In this document: positions 19,126-29,951 of the stretch, in pieces
Layout of the letters: each line of letters begins with the position of its first letter
Numbering within the stretch: position 1 is the stretch's first letter
Origin: Candidatus Peregrinibacteria bacterium GW2011_GWF2_39_17
GTDB lineage: Bacteria > Patescibacteriota > Gracilibacteria > UBA1369 > UBA12473
Assembly (NCBI GenBank): GCA_000993615.1
Contig: LBWM01000003.1
Span: 16,125-80,124 of the forward strand
Reading direction: 5' to 3'
DNA length: 64,000 nucleotides
Position numbers and translations under genes: made by a program
The notes under the pieces: generated by a model
What the model saw: the letters and a program-made list of their open reading frames with translations, nothing else
What the model was told of the DNA's origin: nothing
Databases searched by the model: none

Positions 19126-21168
19126 CTACCGGATTTTCGCCTGTTGCTCTTGCTGAAAAAGTAACTGCTTCGGATTAGTTGTAATGATCTTGTCTTCACT
19201 GTAAGAAGCAATAATTTGAATAGCCACATGCTTAAGGCCGGCGAAAAACAAACCTTGCCCCACACCGCTGTTTAAAAGCATATACTTCTCCCCTTCAGTT
19301 AAGTTGAAAACTTTGGCTAAACTATCAATTATGGAAGGTGATTGCTTGAGCAAAAGTTGAATTGAAGAATTACTAACAATAGGCTTGCCATACGAACTGG
19401 AAATAAAATCCTCCACATCCTGCGTGATGGTAGTGACACCAAGATAATATTTTCGTGCTCTTTTCACTAATCCGAATAAAAATTTCGCAGAATCTTCATG
19501 CTGCATCATTGTCCAGGCCTCATCAATTACTAAAATACGACGTTTCAAAGTGCTGCGGACGCGATTCCAAATATAATTAAGGATGATATACATAGCAATT
19601 GGTCTTAGAGAATCTTCTAAATCGCGAATTGAAAAAACAACTAACCCGTTATCAAGAGTGACGTTTGTAGACTTATTAAAAAGGCCAGCAAAAGTACCGG
19701 TAGTATATTTTTGGATTCTTTGTGCCATTTCCGTGGCTCCATCCATAGCAGACAAAACATTATAAAAATCATCCATGGTTGGCGCCTCAAAAGCGGCCGG
19801 ATCTGGAGTTTCCATAGTAATTCCTTTAGTGGCATACGTATCAAGTAAAGCCTTATCAATAAGAGCCTCCTCCGAAGCAGTTAAATTTCCGAACATTAGT
19901 TTCATTAAACCAGTTAAATCAATAATTGCGGATCTCAATAAATCTCCTGGCCTTAATTCGTCATCATCTAACGGACGAGGTAAATCAAAAGGATTAATGC
20001 GACGATCAGAGTTAAGAGAAACTTTTAAATAACTACCTCCCACAGTTTGAGCTAAAGCCTCATATTCGTTCTCTGGATCAATAACAATAACGTCAGTCCC
20101 AGTCATCAGGCTTCTCAAAATTTCTAATTTTACGCCATAAGATTTACCGGCGCCTGATTTGGCAAAAACGACCGCATTGGCATTTTCAAGTGAAAAGCGA
20201 TCAAAAATAATCAAACTATCATTATGCCGATTAAGGCCATACAAAATACCTTCATTGGAAGTTAAATCAGCGGAAATAAAAGGAAAAGTACTGGAAAGAG
20301 GAGAAGTATTCATATTGTGGTTAACCTCCAATTCATCAGACGCAATTGGGAGAGTGGAATTAAATCCGTGCTCCATCCGAAGATCAGATCTCCTGGTTAA
20401 AACTAATTTCCCGCCCAGTAGGCTTTCTAATTGTTTGGTAATTTTCTCCAAATTTTTAAGATCATGATGATAAACTGTAAAATACAATCCAAATTGGAAA
20501 AATTTTTCTTCACCCCGCTGCAAATCAGTCCGTAATTGTTCGGCATCCTCAAGGGCGGTTTCCAAAGCAGGATCTCGAACTTGTCCTTTATCCCGGGCCA
20601 TCCTAATACTTGATTGAAAACGGGCAACTTGACCTCTTAAAATCTTCATAATTCGATCCGAGGAAATCGGATAAATAAACTGCGCCATATCAAGAGTTAC
20701 ATCAAAATTAACCACCGGAGACAGCCAATTGGTTTCAATGTAGCGAGGATAGGTATAGACAAAAAAGCTTTCGGTAAAAAGTCCGTCAACAAGCAGATGA
20801 TTAAAAGTAACTTCCATGGAAGAAGGAGCAATAAGATCTCTGATTGTGGCAATACCCTGCTGGAAAATCTTCTCCGCTTCGATAATTTTTTTCTTATCAG
20901 TAATTGAAATTTTCGTATAATCAGATTCACCAGAGCTATTCTTGGGAAGATTCTCGATAAGAGTAGAAGAAATTTCCTTGCTTAACTGTGAACTATTTTG
21001 CTCTTTTGCGATTATACTCTTGGCCTTATTAGCCTCAACCCTAGCCTGCCATTTGGCCTTTAAGTTCCCAATAAAACCTTGAGCCGGCTTAGCTGATGCT
21101 TGGCTTTGGATCGAGCTTTGGGGTTGATTCTCGGTTTGATTCTGAATTTGGGGGTTGAAATCAGCCAT
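19126..21168 (-). CDS. VirB4/TraC-like type IV secretion or conjugation ATPase
   Basis: Walker A 'FAKSGAGKSYGVK', Walker B 'RRILVIDEAWTM' and 'GVTTITQDVEDF'. The size (~680 aa) fits VirB4. The ATG at 21168 (MADFNPQ) is preferred over the TTG at 21174. Confidence 0.75.
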   Translation of the reverse strand: MADFNPQIQNQTENQPQSSIQSQASAKPAQGFIGNLKAKWQARVEANKAKSIIAKEQNSSQLSKEISSTLIENLPKNSSGESDYTKISITDKKKIIEAEKIFQQGIATIRDLIAPSSMEVTFNHLLVDGLFTESFFVYTYPRYIETNWLSPVVNFDVTLDMAQFIYPISSDRIMKILRGQVARFQSSIRMARDKGQVRDPALETALEDAEQLRTDLQRGEEKFFQFGLYFTVYHHDLKNLEKITKQLESLLGGKLVLTRRSDLRMEHGFNSTLPIASDELEVNHNMNTSPLSSTFPFISADLTSNEGILYGLNRHNDSLIIFDRFSLENANAVVFAKSGAGKSYGVKLEILRSLMTGTDVIVIDPENEYEALAQTVGGSYLKVSLNSDRRINPFDLPRPLDDDELRPGDLLRSAIIDLTGLMKLMFGNLTASEEALIDKALLDTYATKGITMETPDPAAFEAPTMDDFYNVLSAMDGATEMAQRIQKYTTGTFAGLFNKSTNVTLDNGLVVFSIRDLEDSLRPIAMYIILNYIWNRVRSTLKRRILVIDEAWTMMQHEDSAKFLFGLVKRARKYYLGVTTITQDVEDFISSSYGKPIVSNSSIQLLLKQSPSIIDSLAKVFNLTEGEKYMLLNSGVGQGLFFAGLKHVAIQIIASYSEDKIITTNPKQLLFQQEQQAKIR

Positions 21169-21229
21169 AAACAACTAAATAAACAGATTTAATAAAATCT
21201 GGATAGTATAGCAAATTTTTAGCTAAAAC

Positions 21230-22363
21230 TCAAGCCTGTGACCGCTTTTCCTTTGCTTCATTCTGAATCCTTATGGCCTCATTTGTACGAACTTCATTTA
21301 GCCAACTTGCGGAAAAAACAAAATTTCGACCCTTTCCCGAAGCTATCTCAAAGTCCGAATCTCCCCATATTCGACCTTGTCTATCATGCGGAAGATGCTT
21401 AGCCACTAATTCAGCTAAATTAGACTGACCGTCAAGAGTTACGCTCGCCTCCTCCAAAATTTCCTTATAATGCTCTGCCTCTTTCCTTTTTTCTTTATCA
21501 TGACTAAAAACAATTGTGGCGACACCAGCGCTAAGTGTTACTCCAATAATTATATGTTGAATATGATTTTGATCATGAACAACAAAAGACTGCTTTTCTA
21601 CTAAACTTCTAGCTCGGTTAGCAACACTTAATCCCGCATCATTGTTTTCATTCAACAAAATACTAAATTCATCTCCACCCAAACGGGCCATAATGACGCC
21701 ATCCGTATCGCGTAATGATTTTTTAACCAAAAGTGCCACCTGACTAATAATTTCATCTCCAGCATTTTGCCCATATTGATCATTAATATCTTTAAATTTA
21801 TCAACATCAAAAAAAATTTGGGTACAAACTCCACCTTGACGCTGCCTGGCAGATAAAATTCTTTCCCGAGCACGAGTCCAGGCAGTTTTATTTAAAATTC
21901 CCGTACCGCAATATGGATCATAATTTTCTATTTTAGCAGTATCATAAGCTCGAGCAAACGACATCATAATTTCATCTCTGACTCTGCTTAGTTCCACCTC
22001 TCTTTGGGTATTAATATCAAATAAATTGGCCCAATTGGGAGATAATTTTTGAAATAAAACATCCCTGAACCCTCTAATTTCCTTCTCAATTAAATTCAGG
22101 TATTTTCCGTAACGTTGATCTACTAAAAAAGTTATTAGTTGCTGTAAATTTGCCACACTTCGCGCGTAATTTTCTTCACCAGCATTCTTAAAATCTCGAA
22201 TCAAATCACGGCAACAGTTCAAAAATTCCGCAAAGTCGGCTGTAATCGCCATAACTAAAGCAGCTTCAAAATTTTGATGTTTATTATTTTGTAGTTCTTC
22301 TATATTAATTTGAGCCTGCGGGACTCCTTCCAAAATTGAAGCAAAAGAAATTTTTTCGACCAA
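21230..22363 (-). CDS. GGDEF-domain diguanylate cyclase with an unknown N-terminal sensor region
   Basis: 'FFDVDKFKDINDQYGQNAGDEII...LRDTDGVIMARLGGDEFSILL'. The start at 22363 is TTG and no nearby in-frame ATG exists. Confidence 0.8.
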   Translation of the reverse strand: MVEKISFASILEGVPQAQINIEELQNNKHQNFEAALVMAITADFAEFLNCCRDLIRDFKNAGEENYARSVANLQQLITFLVDQRYGKYLNLIEKEIRGFRDVLFQKLSPNWANLFDINTQREVELSRVRDEIMMSFARAYDTAKIENYDPYCGTGILNKTAWTRARERILSARQRQGGVCTQIFFDVDKFKDINDQYGQNAGDEIISQVALLVKKSLRDTDGVIMARLGGDEFSILLNENNDAGLSVANRARSLVEKQSFVVHDQNHIQHIIIGVTLSAGVATIVFSHDKEKRKEAEHYKEILEEASVTLDGQSNLAELVAKHLPHDRQGRIWGDSDFEIASGKGRNFVFSASWLNEVRTNEAIRIQNEAKEKRSQA

Positions 22364-22496
22364 AGGATAGGTTTTAGTGCAAATAAGTTTTTATTATAAT
22401 AATTTTTTATATTTTGTCAACATTCTCTGTCTAAAATTTCCTTCCTTTTATGGTAGAGTACGAAAGATTTATCATTACTAAACACTCTCAATTCTC

Positions 22497-25124
22497 ATGC
22501 CCAAACCAACTGACGATCATCGTGATGACTCCTTACCAGAAGAAAACAAACCCGAAGAATCATCCCAGGAGATAAACAGCGACCAAGTTAACGATATTCC
22601 TCCGCAATTATTTAATTCAAGATATCGCCTAAAATCTATTTCTGATGAAATGGAGGAATGCTATTTGGATTACGCCATGAGCGTTATTGTTTCACGTGCT
22701 TTGCCGGATGTTAGAGATGGGCTTAAACCTGTTCATCGTCGTATTTTATACGTTATGCAAGAATCTGGGTTAAGGGCCAGTGCAAAATATCGCAAATCAG
22801 CTAATGTGGTTGGTGAAGTTCTGGGTAAATATCATCCTCATGGCGATACAGCTGTTTATGACTCCATGGTACGTATGGCGCAAAGTTTTTCTTTACGCTA
22901 TCCACTAGTAGATGGACAAGGTAATTTCGGCTCCATTGATGGGGACAGCCCCGCAGCCTATCGATACACCGAAGCCAGAATGTCTAAAATCGCAGAAGAA
23001 ATGCTGGCTGATATCGACAAAGAAACCGTTGATTGGGTGGATAATTATGACGCAACCAGGAAAGAACCACGTGTCTTACCAGCCAAAATACCGCAACTTT
23101 TACTCAATGGAACAGTAGGTATTGCCGTTGGCATGGCCACCAACATTCCTCCTCATAATTTAAGTGAATTGATAGATGGTCTAATTGCTCTTATTGGCAA
23201 TCCACAAATGACAGTTGAAGATTTAATGGGACATGTTAAAGGTCCTGATTTCCCAACAGCCGGCCTTATTTATGACAAGGAAGCCATAAAAGCCATGTAT
23301 GTTAATGGACGAGGAGGAATTGTCATGAGAGCCAGAGCCATCATTGAAGAAACCAGAGCTGGAAGATCGCATATTCTTGTTACCGAAATCCCCTATCAAG
23401 TGAATAAAGCTACCTTAATTGAAAAAATTGCGGATCTAGTTAGAGATAAAAAAATTCAGGGAATAAGCGACATTCGAGATGAATCAAGCCGTAACGAGAT
23501 TAGAATTGTTATTGAACTTAAAAAGGATGCTTATCCGAAAAAAATCTTAAATCAGCTTTTTAAGTTAACCCAGATGCAAAGCAGTTTCAATATGAATATG
23601 ATTGCTCTAGTAGATGGCATTCAACCTCGCCTACTTAATCTTAAACAAGTTCTTGAATACTTTATTGAACACCGTAAGGAAGTCATTACCAGACGAACTC
23701 AATATGAACTAAAAATTGCCAAAGCCCGCGCCCATATTTTAGAAGGACTAAAAATTGCCTTAGACCATATTGATGCGGTTATTGCGACAATTAAAAAATC
23801 GAAAACCAAGGAGGATGCTTCAGGGGCTTTGCAAAAAGAATTCAAGCTTACTGTTCTTCAAGCGCAAGCTATTTTAGAAATGCGACTTCAAACCTTGGCC
23901 GGGCTGGAACGTCAAAAAATCGAGGATGAATACTTGGAGAAAATAGCTTTAATTACGGAGTTGGAAGGAATTTTAACTGATTCAAAAAAAGTTTTAAATA
24001 TCCTAAAAAAGGAATTAGCGGAAATAAAAATGAAATATGGAGACGATCGCCGGACTGAAATTATTCCCCATGCGGTCAATGAAATTTCCCAAAAAGATAC
24101 TATCCCCAATATGCCAATATTGGTTATGCTCAGCAAGGAAGGTTATATTAAAAGAATTCTCCCAAATTCTTTTAAACAACAACATCGAGGAGGTAAAGGC
24201 ATTATTGGGATGACAACCAAAGAAGAAGACGAAATAAGAATTATGCTTTATGCCAATAACCATGATGATTTACTGTATTTTACTAATCGTGGCCGTGTTT
24301 TTTCTTTGCCGGTTTACGAAATACCCCAAACTTCTCGCACCGCGAAAGGTCAAGCTATTGTTAATTTACTGCAACTTCAAAAAGACGAACGAGTAACAGC
24401 AATCCTAATTTCTAATCAAAATGCAACCCGACAATTTTTATTTATGGGTACTAACCGGGGGACAGTTAAAAAAACCGCGATTGAGCAATTTAAAAACATG
24501 CGAAAGACTGGTTTAATTGCGATTAAATTGCGCGATGGTGATGAATTGGAATGGGTTAAAGAAACGTCTGGTAGCGATACCGTGGTTCTGGTTAGCAGGG
24601 AAGGTAAATGTATTCAATTCCCGGAAAAAGATGTGCGTTCTATGGGTCGCACCGCTACTGGAGTACGCGGAATGCGCTTAAAAGGTGATGACGAAGTAAT
24701 TCAAATGGATGTTATTAGGGGGGAAAACGGAGATTTATTAATAGTAACTCAAAATGGTCTTGGGAAACGCACTGCTCTGGTAAATTACCGCTCCCAGGGG
24801 CGTGGCGGATCAGGCGTTAAAACCGCTAATTTAAATCCAAGAACAGGTAAAGTAGTGGGGGCAGAAGTTATTATTAAAGAATTACAAGGTGATCTTATTA
24901 TTATTTCAAAACTGGGACAAATTATACGCCTGCCATTAGAATCAATTCCAACGAGGGGAAGAGCAACACAAGGAGTTTATTTAATGCGGATGAAAAATTC
25001 AGGTGATATAGTCGCCTCTATTTCTATAATTCGCAAGGATGAAGATTTGCCTGAAGATCAATTAGGGGAAAATAATTTAAAAGAAGAGGCAGAAGAAGCT
25101 CCCACACAACCTACGCTTGTCTAA
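22497..25124 (+). CDS. gyrA: DNA gyrase subunit A
   Basis: '[12 protein letters not shown]', '[18 protein letters not shown]' and '[10 protein letters not shown]' (active-site Tyr region), plus C-terminal beta-pinwheel repeats. Confidence 0.97.
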   Translation: MPKPTDDHRDDSLPEENKPEESSQEINSDQVNDIPPQLFNSRYRLKSISDEMEECYLDYAMSVIVSRALPDVRDGLKPVHRRILYVMQESGLRASAKYRKSANVVGEVLGKYHPHGDTAVYDSMVRMAQSFSLRYPLVDGQGNFGSIDGDSPAAYRYTEARMSKIAEEMLADIDKETVDWVDNYDATRKEPRVLPAKIPQLLLNGTVGIAVGMATNIPPHNLSELIDGLIALIGNPQMTVEDLMGHVKGPDFPTAGLIYDKEAIKAMYVNGRGGIVMRARAIIEETRAGRSHILVTEIPYQVNKATLIEKIADLVRDKKIQGISDIRDESSRNEIRIVIELKKDAYPKKILNQLFKLTQMQSSFNMNMIALVDGIQPRLLNLKQVLEYFIEHRKEVITRRTQYELKIAKARAHILEGLKIALDHIDAVIATIKKSKTKEDASGALQKEFKLTVLQAQAILEMRLQTLAGLERQKIEDEYLEKIALITELEGILTDSKKVLNILKKELAEIKMKYGDDRRTEIIPHAVNEISQKDTIPNMPILVMLSKEGYIKRILPNSFKQQHRGGKGIIGMTTKEEDEIRIMLYANNHDDLLYFTNRGRVFSLPVYEIPQTSRTAKGQAIVNLLQLQKDERVTAILISNQNATRQFLFMGTNRGTVKKTAIEQFKNMRKTGLIAIKLRDGDELEWVKETSGSDTVVLVSREGKCIQFPEKDVRSMGRTATGVRGMRLKGDDEVIQMDVIRGENGDLLIVTQNGLGKRTALVNYRSQGRGGSGVKTANLNPRTGKVVGAEVIIKELQGDLIIISKLGQIIRLPLESIPTRGRATQGVYLMRMKNSGDIVASISIIRKDEDLPEDQLGENNLKEEAEEAPTQPTLV

Positions 25125-25145
25125 ACCTCTATCTCTTTTTAATCT

Positions 25146-26447
25146 ATGAAAAAAATCCTCCCTGCTTTACTCACTTTATGCTTGGGGCTATCCATTATCC
25201 CCCTTGTTTTTGCGGATTCTGGCGACCTCGCCTTAACCTCGGATAATGTTTATCTATCGGATACAACTATTGTTCATAATCAAGCGGTTCGTATTTACGC
25301 TACTGTAAAAAACAACAGTAGCAATCAAGATTTATTGGGTTCGGTTCAATTTAAAAACCAAACAACCGGCCATCAAATCGGAAATGATCAGCCAATTTCC
25401 GTCCGCGGTGGAGGAACAGACACGGTATTTGTAGACTGGAGACCAATGGCCGGCACCTACACTATTGTGACAACAGTTTATCCTTGGGACACGGCTGGCG
25501 ATGATTCTGCTAATAATCAAATCAGCTTTGCAGTAACTGTCGATTATGATTACGATAATGATGGGGTTGGAAATGCCCAAGATCCAGATGATGACAATGA
25601 TGGGGTAGCAGATAAAGAAGACTTATTCCCTTTGGACAAAAATGAATCCCAAGATACAGATCAAGATGGCCTAGGTAATAATGCGGATCTGGATGATGAC
25701 AATGACGGTACTTTAGATGAAGTTGATGCCTTGCCACAGGATGCCAATGAATTCGTGGATACAGACGAAGATGGGACCGGCAATAATACTGATTTTGATG
25801 ATGACAACGATGGACTTTCTGATGTTTATGAGCAATCGACGACTGATCCAAATTCCGGTGAAGCAAAACCCAGCACCAATCCCTTATTAGCGGATACTGA
25901 TACCGATGGATATAACGATCAAGTTGATACTTTCCCAAGTGATTCAACCGAATGGGAAGACACGGATCACGATAATATCGGAGATAATACTGATTTTGAT
26001 GATGATGGAGATGGGTTAGCTGACCTTGAAGATGATTATCCTAAAAATCACGGCCCTGTCATTACAGTGGAACGCTATGAAGAAACTGATCCGGCTACGC
26101 TAGAAAAATTTTTAATTCTTGACGCCTCAAAATCTAGTGACCCAGATGGTTCCGCCGAACGCCTTAAATTTCAATGGTTTACGAAAGAAGGACGCTTAAT
26201 TGGGGAAGAAGCGATCTTTAAACTAGCAATTCCCTTTAAAAATATTTTACCCTCTACGCTGATGGTATTTGATGAAAATGGAGAATCAAGAACATTTAAT
26301 TTAAGCCTAACAGGGAAAGGTTATCTCAAAATTATGGGAGGAGCGCTCAGCATTTCACTGCTACTGACTCTTGCATTGATTATCTATTTAAAGTACACTG
26401 CCTCCGCTCGTTCTGATAAAAAATCATCTAAACCTAAGAAAAAATAA
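25146..26447 (+). CDS. Secreted, membrane-anchored protein with thrombospondin type-3-like calcium-binding repeats
   Basis: Signal peptide, then repeated 'D-x-D-x-DG-x-G(D/N)N-x-D-x-DDDNDG' units, a PKD-like '[11 protein letters not shown]...FQW', and a C-terminal TM helix with a basic tail. Confidence 0.7.
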   Translation: MKKILPALLTLCLGLSIIPLVFADSGDLALTSDNVYLSDTTIVHNQAVRIYATVKNNSSNQDLLGSVQFKNQTTGHQIGNDQPISVRGGGTDTVFVDWRPMAGTYTIVTTVYPWDTAGDDSANNQISFAVTVDYDYDNDGVGNAQDPDDDNDGVADKEDLFPLDKNESQDTDQDGLGNNADLDDDNDGTLDEVDALPQDANEFVDTDEDGTGNNTDFDDDNDGLSDVYEQSTTDPNSGEAKPSTNPLLADTDTDGYNDQVDTFPSDSTEWEDTDHDNIGDNTDFDDDGDGLADLEDDYPKNHGPVITVERYEETDPATLEKFLILDASKSSDPDGSAERLKFQWFTKEGRLIGEEAIFKLAIPFKNILPSTLMVFDENGESRTFNLSLTGKGYLKIMGGALSISLLLTLALIIYLKYTASARSDKKSSKPKKK

Positions 26448-26809
26448 TGAAAAATGGCATTCATCCAACCTATTATAAAGACGCCACTATCACTTGTTCA
26501 TGTGGGAATGTGATTAAAGTGGGTTCTACGATTCAAGCCTATGGGACAGAACTTTGTTCCAAATGTCATCCTTTTTATACCGGCAAAAAGAAAACTGTGG
26601 ATACGGCCGGTAGAATTGAAAAATTCAAATCAATGCAAAAATTAGCTCTAGTAGCGAAGGAAAAAGTTAAAAACAAAAAAGAAAAACGCCGAGGATCGAT
26701 TGAGGAAAAAATTAATCAGGAACTACAAAAACAAGCTGATGTTGATCGCAAAAAAGAAGAAAAATTAATGTCAAAAATTCGCAAAAATAGGCCTCAAGAA
26801 GAAAATTAA
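26447..26809 (+). CDS. rpmE: 50S ribosomal protein L31 with a ~50-aa lysine-rich C-terminal extension
   Basis: '[10 protein letters not shown]...CSCGN...[13 protein letters not shown]', followed by a K/E-rich tail. Confidence 0.9.
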   Translation: MKNGIHPTYYKDATITCSCGNVIKVGSTIQAYGTELCSKCHPFYTGKKKTVDTAGRIEKFKSMQKLALVAKEKVKNKKEKRRGSIEEKINQELQKQADVDRKKEEKLMSKIRKNRPQEEN

Positions 26810-26821
26810 ATCTGGCAAAAT

Positions 26822-27883
26822 ATGGCTGGTAGCACTTTTGGAAATATTTTCCGCATTACTACTTGGGGAGAATCTCATGGCAAAGCAATTGGCGGCGTTG
26901 TTGATGGGTGTCCGGCCGGTATTTTGCTGTCGGAAAAAGATATTCAGCCTGATTTAGATCGACGGCGCCCAGGGCAAAGTGCCGTAACAACCAGCCGAGA
27001 TGAAAAAGATAAGGTTGAAATTCTTTCGGGGGTTTTTGAAGGGAAAACAACGGGGACGCCGATTTCGCTCATCATCTGGAATCAGGACCAACACTCAAAA
27101 GATTATGCAGCACTTAAAAATGTCTATCGGCCAGGCCATGCGGATGAGGTATATGATTTAAAATATGGTTTTCGGGATTATCGAGGCGGCGGCCGCGCTT
27201 CAGCTCGAGAAACTACTGTGCGTGTGGCGGCCGCCGCCATTGCCAAAAAAATATTTCAAGAGCTTAATTTACCCACCCAGGTCATCGCCTATACCAAACA
27301 AATTCAAGAATTAATAATTGAAAAACCAAATCTCGAGGTTATTGAGCAAAACAATATTCGCGCTGCTGATTTAGCTATCGCCAAAAAAATGGAAGAACGA
27401 ATTTTGAATTTACAAAATAAAGGAGATTCGGTCGGAGCTATAATCGAGATTATAATCAAAGATTGTCCGAAAGGATTAGGAGAACCAGTTTTTGATAAAT
27501 TTAAGGCTGATTTGGCAAAAGCCTTGATGAGCATTAATGCCATCGTGGGATTTGAATACGGAGCCGGATTCGCAGTCGCTAACATGAAAGGAAGTACCCA
27601 TAATCAACTAGAAACCGGTATTTTAGGTGGAATTACTAATGGCGAAGAAATAATTTTAAAAGTCGCCGTTAAACCAACTTCTTCTCTTGAACTTCATAAA
27701 TTGGCTAAAGGAGCCCCGAAAGGAAGACACGATCCTTGCTTGGCTCCGCGAGCTGTCCCAGTGGTTGAGGCTATGTGCTGGCTCGTTCTCATAGATCATT
27801 ATTTACGAAATCAGTCCGCTCGGATATCCAGAAAAAAGGAGCCGCTGAGTTCATCAACTGCTCCTTTTAAACGTTCCCATTAA
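26822..27883 (+). CDS. aroC: Chorismate synthase
   Basis: 'FGNIFRITTWGESHGKAIGGVVDGCPAG', 'RRRPGQS' and 'RPGHADEVYDLKYGFRDYRGGGRASARET'. Confidence 0.93.
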   Translation: MAGSTFGNIFRITTWGESHGKAIGGVVDGCPAGILLSEKDIQPDLDRRRPGQSAVTTSRDEKDKVEILSGVFEGKTTGTPISLIIWNQDQHSKDYAALKNVYRPGHADEVYDLKYGFRDYRGGGRASARETTVRVAAAAIAKKIFQELNLPTQVIAYTKQIQELIIEKPNLEVIEQNNIRAADLAIAKKMEERILNLQNKGDSVGAIIEIIIKDCPKGLGEPVFDKFKADLAKALMSINAIVGFEYGAGFAVANMKGSTHNQLETGILGGITNGEEIILKVAVKPTSSLELHKLAKGAPKGRHDPCLAPRAVPVVEAMCWLVLIDHYLRNQSARISRKKEPLSSSTAPFKRSH

Positions 27884-27893
27884 ATTACTCCTA

Positions 27894-29870
27894 TTACTCC
27901 TCGGTCGCTTGATAATATTGATAGAGCGCCACGGCTACATCATAGCGCGTTAGATTTTCACCCGGGTTCAAATATTTAGCGCTATCAGCCAACATTAGGT
28001 TATAGTAAGGTTCTAACCCAGCATAAGGCGCAAAATAATCATCAGCTGAAACATCTAAAAAGGAATATCCCAAATTTTGGGTAAGACCAAATGTTAGGGC
28101 AAACATTTTAAGCCATTCAGCCTTATTAACGGTTTGAAGGGGCTTAAAAGTACCATCCGGATAACCGCGCACAATCCCATGTCCCAAAGCAAAGCCAACA
28201 TATTTTGAGTACCATTGATCAGTTTGTAAATCAGAAAGGTTACTGGCACGAGAAGAAAGGGAATCCTTGGCCTCCTTCTTAGCTCCTTCAATTAACATTT
28301 TTAGAGCTTCAATCCGATTGATGTCATTTTCACCTTTAAAGGTTCCATCTGGATAACCCTTCACGATGCCACGATTATAAAGATCAAGAACAGCCTGCCC
28401 CTCTAAAGTAGATTCGTCCACATCGGGGAAAGGATTAGTTGATCTATATTCCAATTGTTTCTCAAGACAATTATCTTCGCTTAATTCAGCTATTTCACCT
28501 ACTTCATCTTTGCTATCAACACAAATTTTAGCGACATCACCTCTTGTGAAATAATCTACAGCCACAGAATCAATAACCGTCGATTGCTTATAAAGTAAAA
28601 AATTCGTATCGGAAAGGTTAGCCCAATCATAGCCACCATTGTTTAAAGGCTCCGCAGCATTCATATCACTCCCTTTTACATAAACGCCCCAGGTAATTAA
28701 CCCGCTTTCTGCGGTTACATCAGCATGACCTTCATTCGCTAATTTGAAGGCAAGAGTATCATATTCCTCCCCTAATTCAGCTTTAACTAAATAAACATCC
28801 TTAACCACTAAATCAGGAAGCAATTTGGCTTCAAGCTCATTATTGGTTTCATCATATTCATAAACCGAATTTTCCGAATCAATAACTACTTTAACGTCAG
28901 CTCCACTATAATCTCCGCCTTGCAACATATATTCCATTTCCCCTCCCTCATATAAAAATGTTTGAATATGTCCGGCATTTTTCTCATCTTCCCAATTGTA
29001 ATCATACTTTAATTCCCCGTTAATATAAATTTTAGTGTGCCCAGCTTTCCTCTGGGTAACATCATCAACAGCATAATATCCACTTGTCTGAAGAATGGCC
29101 ATTCCATTATTAATTACCTTAACAAGGATTGCTCCATCCGCATTAAGATAAATATCCGAAACGCCAAGATCAGACATCACTTCTTCTGGGTAAGGTGAAT
29201 ACACATCCATTGTCAAATCGTTGTTTGTCTTACTCCACTCGGAATTTTGTAATTCCTGTGGGGAAATAGAAATTGCGGCATTAGCTTCATAAGTCTTACC
29301 TACTTCTATCCCAAATTCGGTCGTATGACCCATATTTAGGTCATAGCAATAACTTCCATCTACTAAGAGAGTCTGTGCTGGCATCGTTGAATCTTTTTCT
29401 GCCCATTCCCCATTCGCGGTTAACGTAACCGTAAAAACATTCTGGGTTGGATCAGTTGAAGGATTCTTGACGCAAACTTTAACATAAAAAGAATCATAGA
29501 TATTATACATTGGATCAATAGAAGTTGTTTCCTTGTTTCCAATCGAAATAGCGGAAGGATAAACATCAATAGCATTGGGATCCTGGTTAGCCGTTAATTC
29601 TGAGTCAAGCTGAAGATCGCCAGACTCAAGATCAAGATTCCCTTTTACCCCCTCGCTTGAATCTTCAACCTCGCCCGTACTCAATTCCGGATCAAGCTCG
29701 GGATCAAACTGCCCTGGTACTGTTGTCCCTGTCCCACCAGGAGCATCCGTGGTTTCATTGGTAGCCAGAGCCCATGCGGCTCCAGCAGGAAACATGGTAA
29801 CAAAGAGACTAAGTACAACAAAAACAGCCAAAAGTCTCTTGGTTTTTTTAAAGAATAAGGAATAATACAT
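27894..29870 (-). CDS. Secreted surface protein with C-terminal S-layer-homology (SLH) repeats
   Basis: Signal peptide. The middle region is beta-rich and CARDB-like. The C-terminal repeats are 'LYNRGIVKGYPDGTFKGEN' and 'GHGIVRGYPDGTFKPLQ'. Confidence 0.75.
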   Translation of the reverse strand: MYYSLFFKKTKRLLAVFVVLSLFVTMFPAGAAWALATNETTDAPGGTGTTVPGQFDPELDPELSTGEVEDSSEGVKGNLDLESGDLQLDSELTANQDPNAIDVYPSAISIGNKETTSIDPMYNIYDSFYVKVCVKNPSTDPTQNVFTVTLTANGEWAEKDSTMPAQTLLVDGSYCYDLNMGHTTEFGIEVGKTYEANAAISISPQELQNSEWSKTNNDLTMDVYSPYPEEVMSDLGVSDIYLNADGAILVKVINNGMAILQTSGYYAVDDVTQRKAGHTKIYINGELKYDYNWEDEKNAGHIQTFLYEGGEMEYMLQGGDYSGADVKVVIDSENSVYEYDETNNELEAKLLPDLVVKDVYLVKAELGEEYDTLAFKLANEGHADVTAESGLITWGVYVKGSDMNAAEPLNNGGYDWANLSDTNFLLYKQSTVIDSVAVDYFTRGDVAKICVDSKDEVGEIAELSEDNCLEKQLEYRSTNPFPDVDESTLEGQAVLDLYNRGIVKGYPDGTFKGENDINRIEALKMLIEGAKKEAKDSLSSRASNLSDLQTDQWYSKYVGFALGHGIVRGYPDGTFKPLQTVNKAEWLKMFALTFGLTQNLGYSFLDVSADDYFAPYAGLEPYYNLMLADSAKYLNPGENLTRYDVAVALYQYYQATEE

Positions 29871-29951
29871 AAGATTTAGTATTAAGAAATAAAAAGCATC
29901 ACTCGATGCTATTATATAGACAAGCTTTTATTCAGCAAGTTTCAAAAAATT

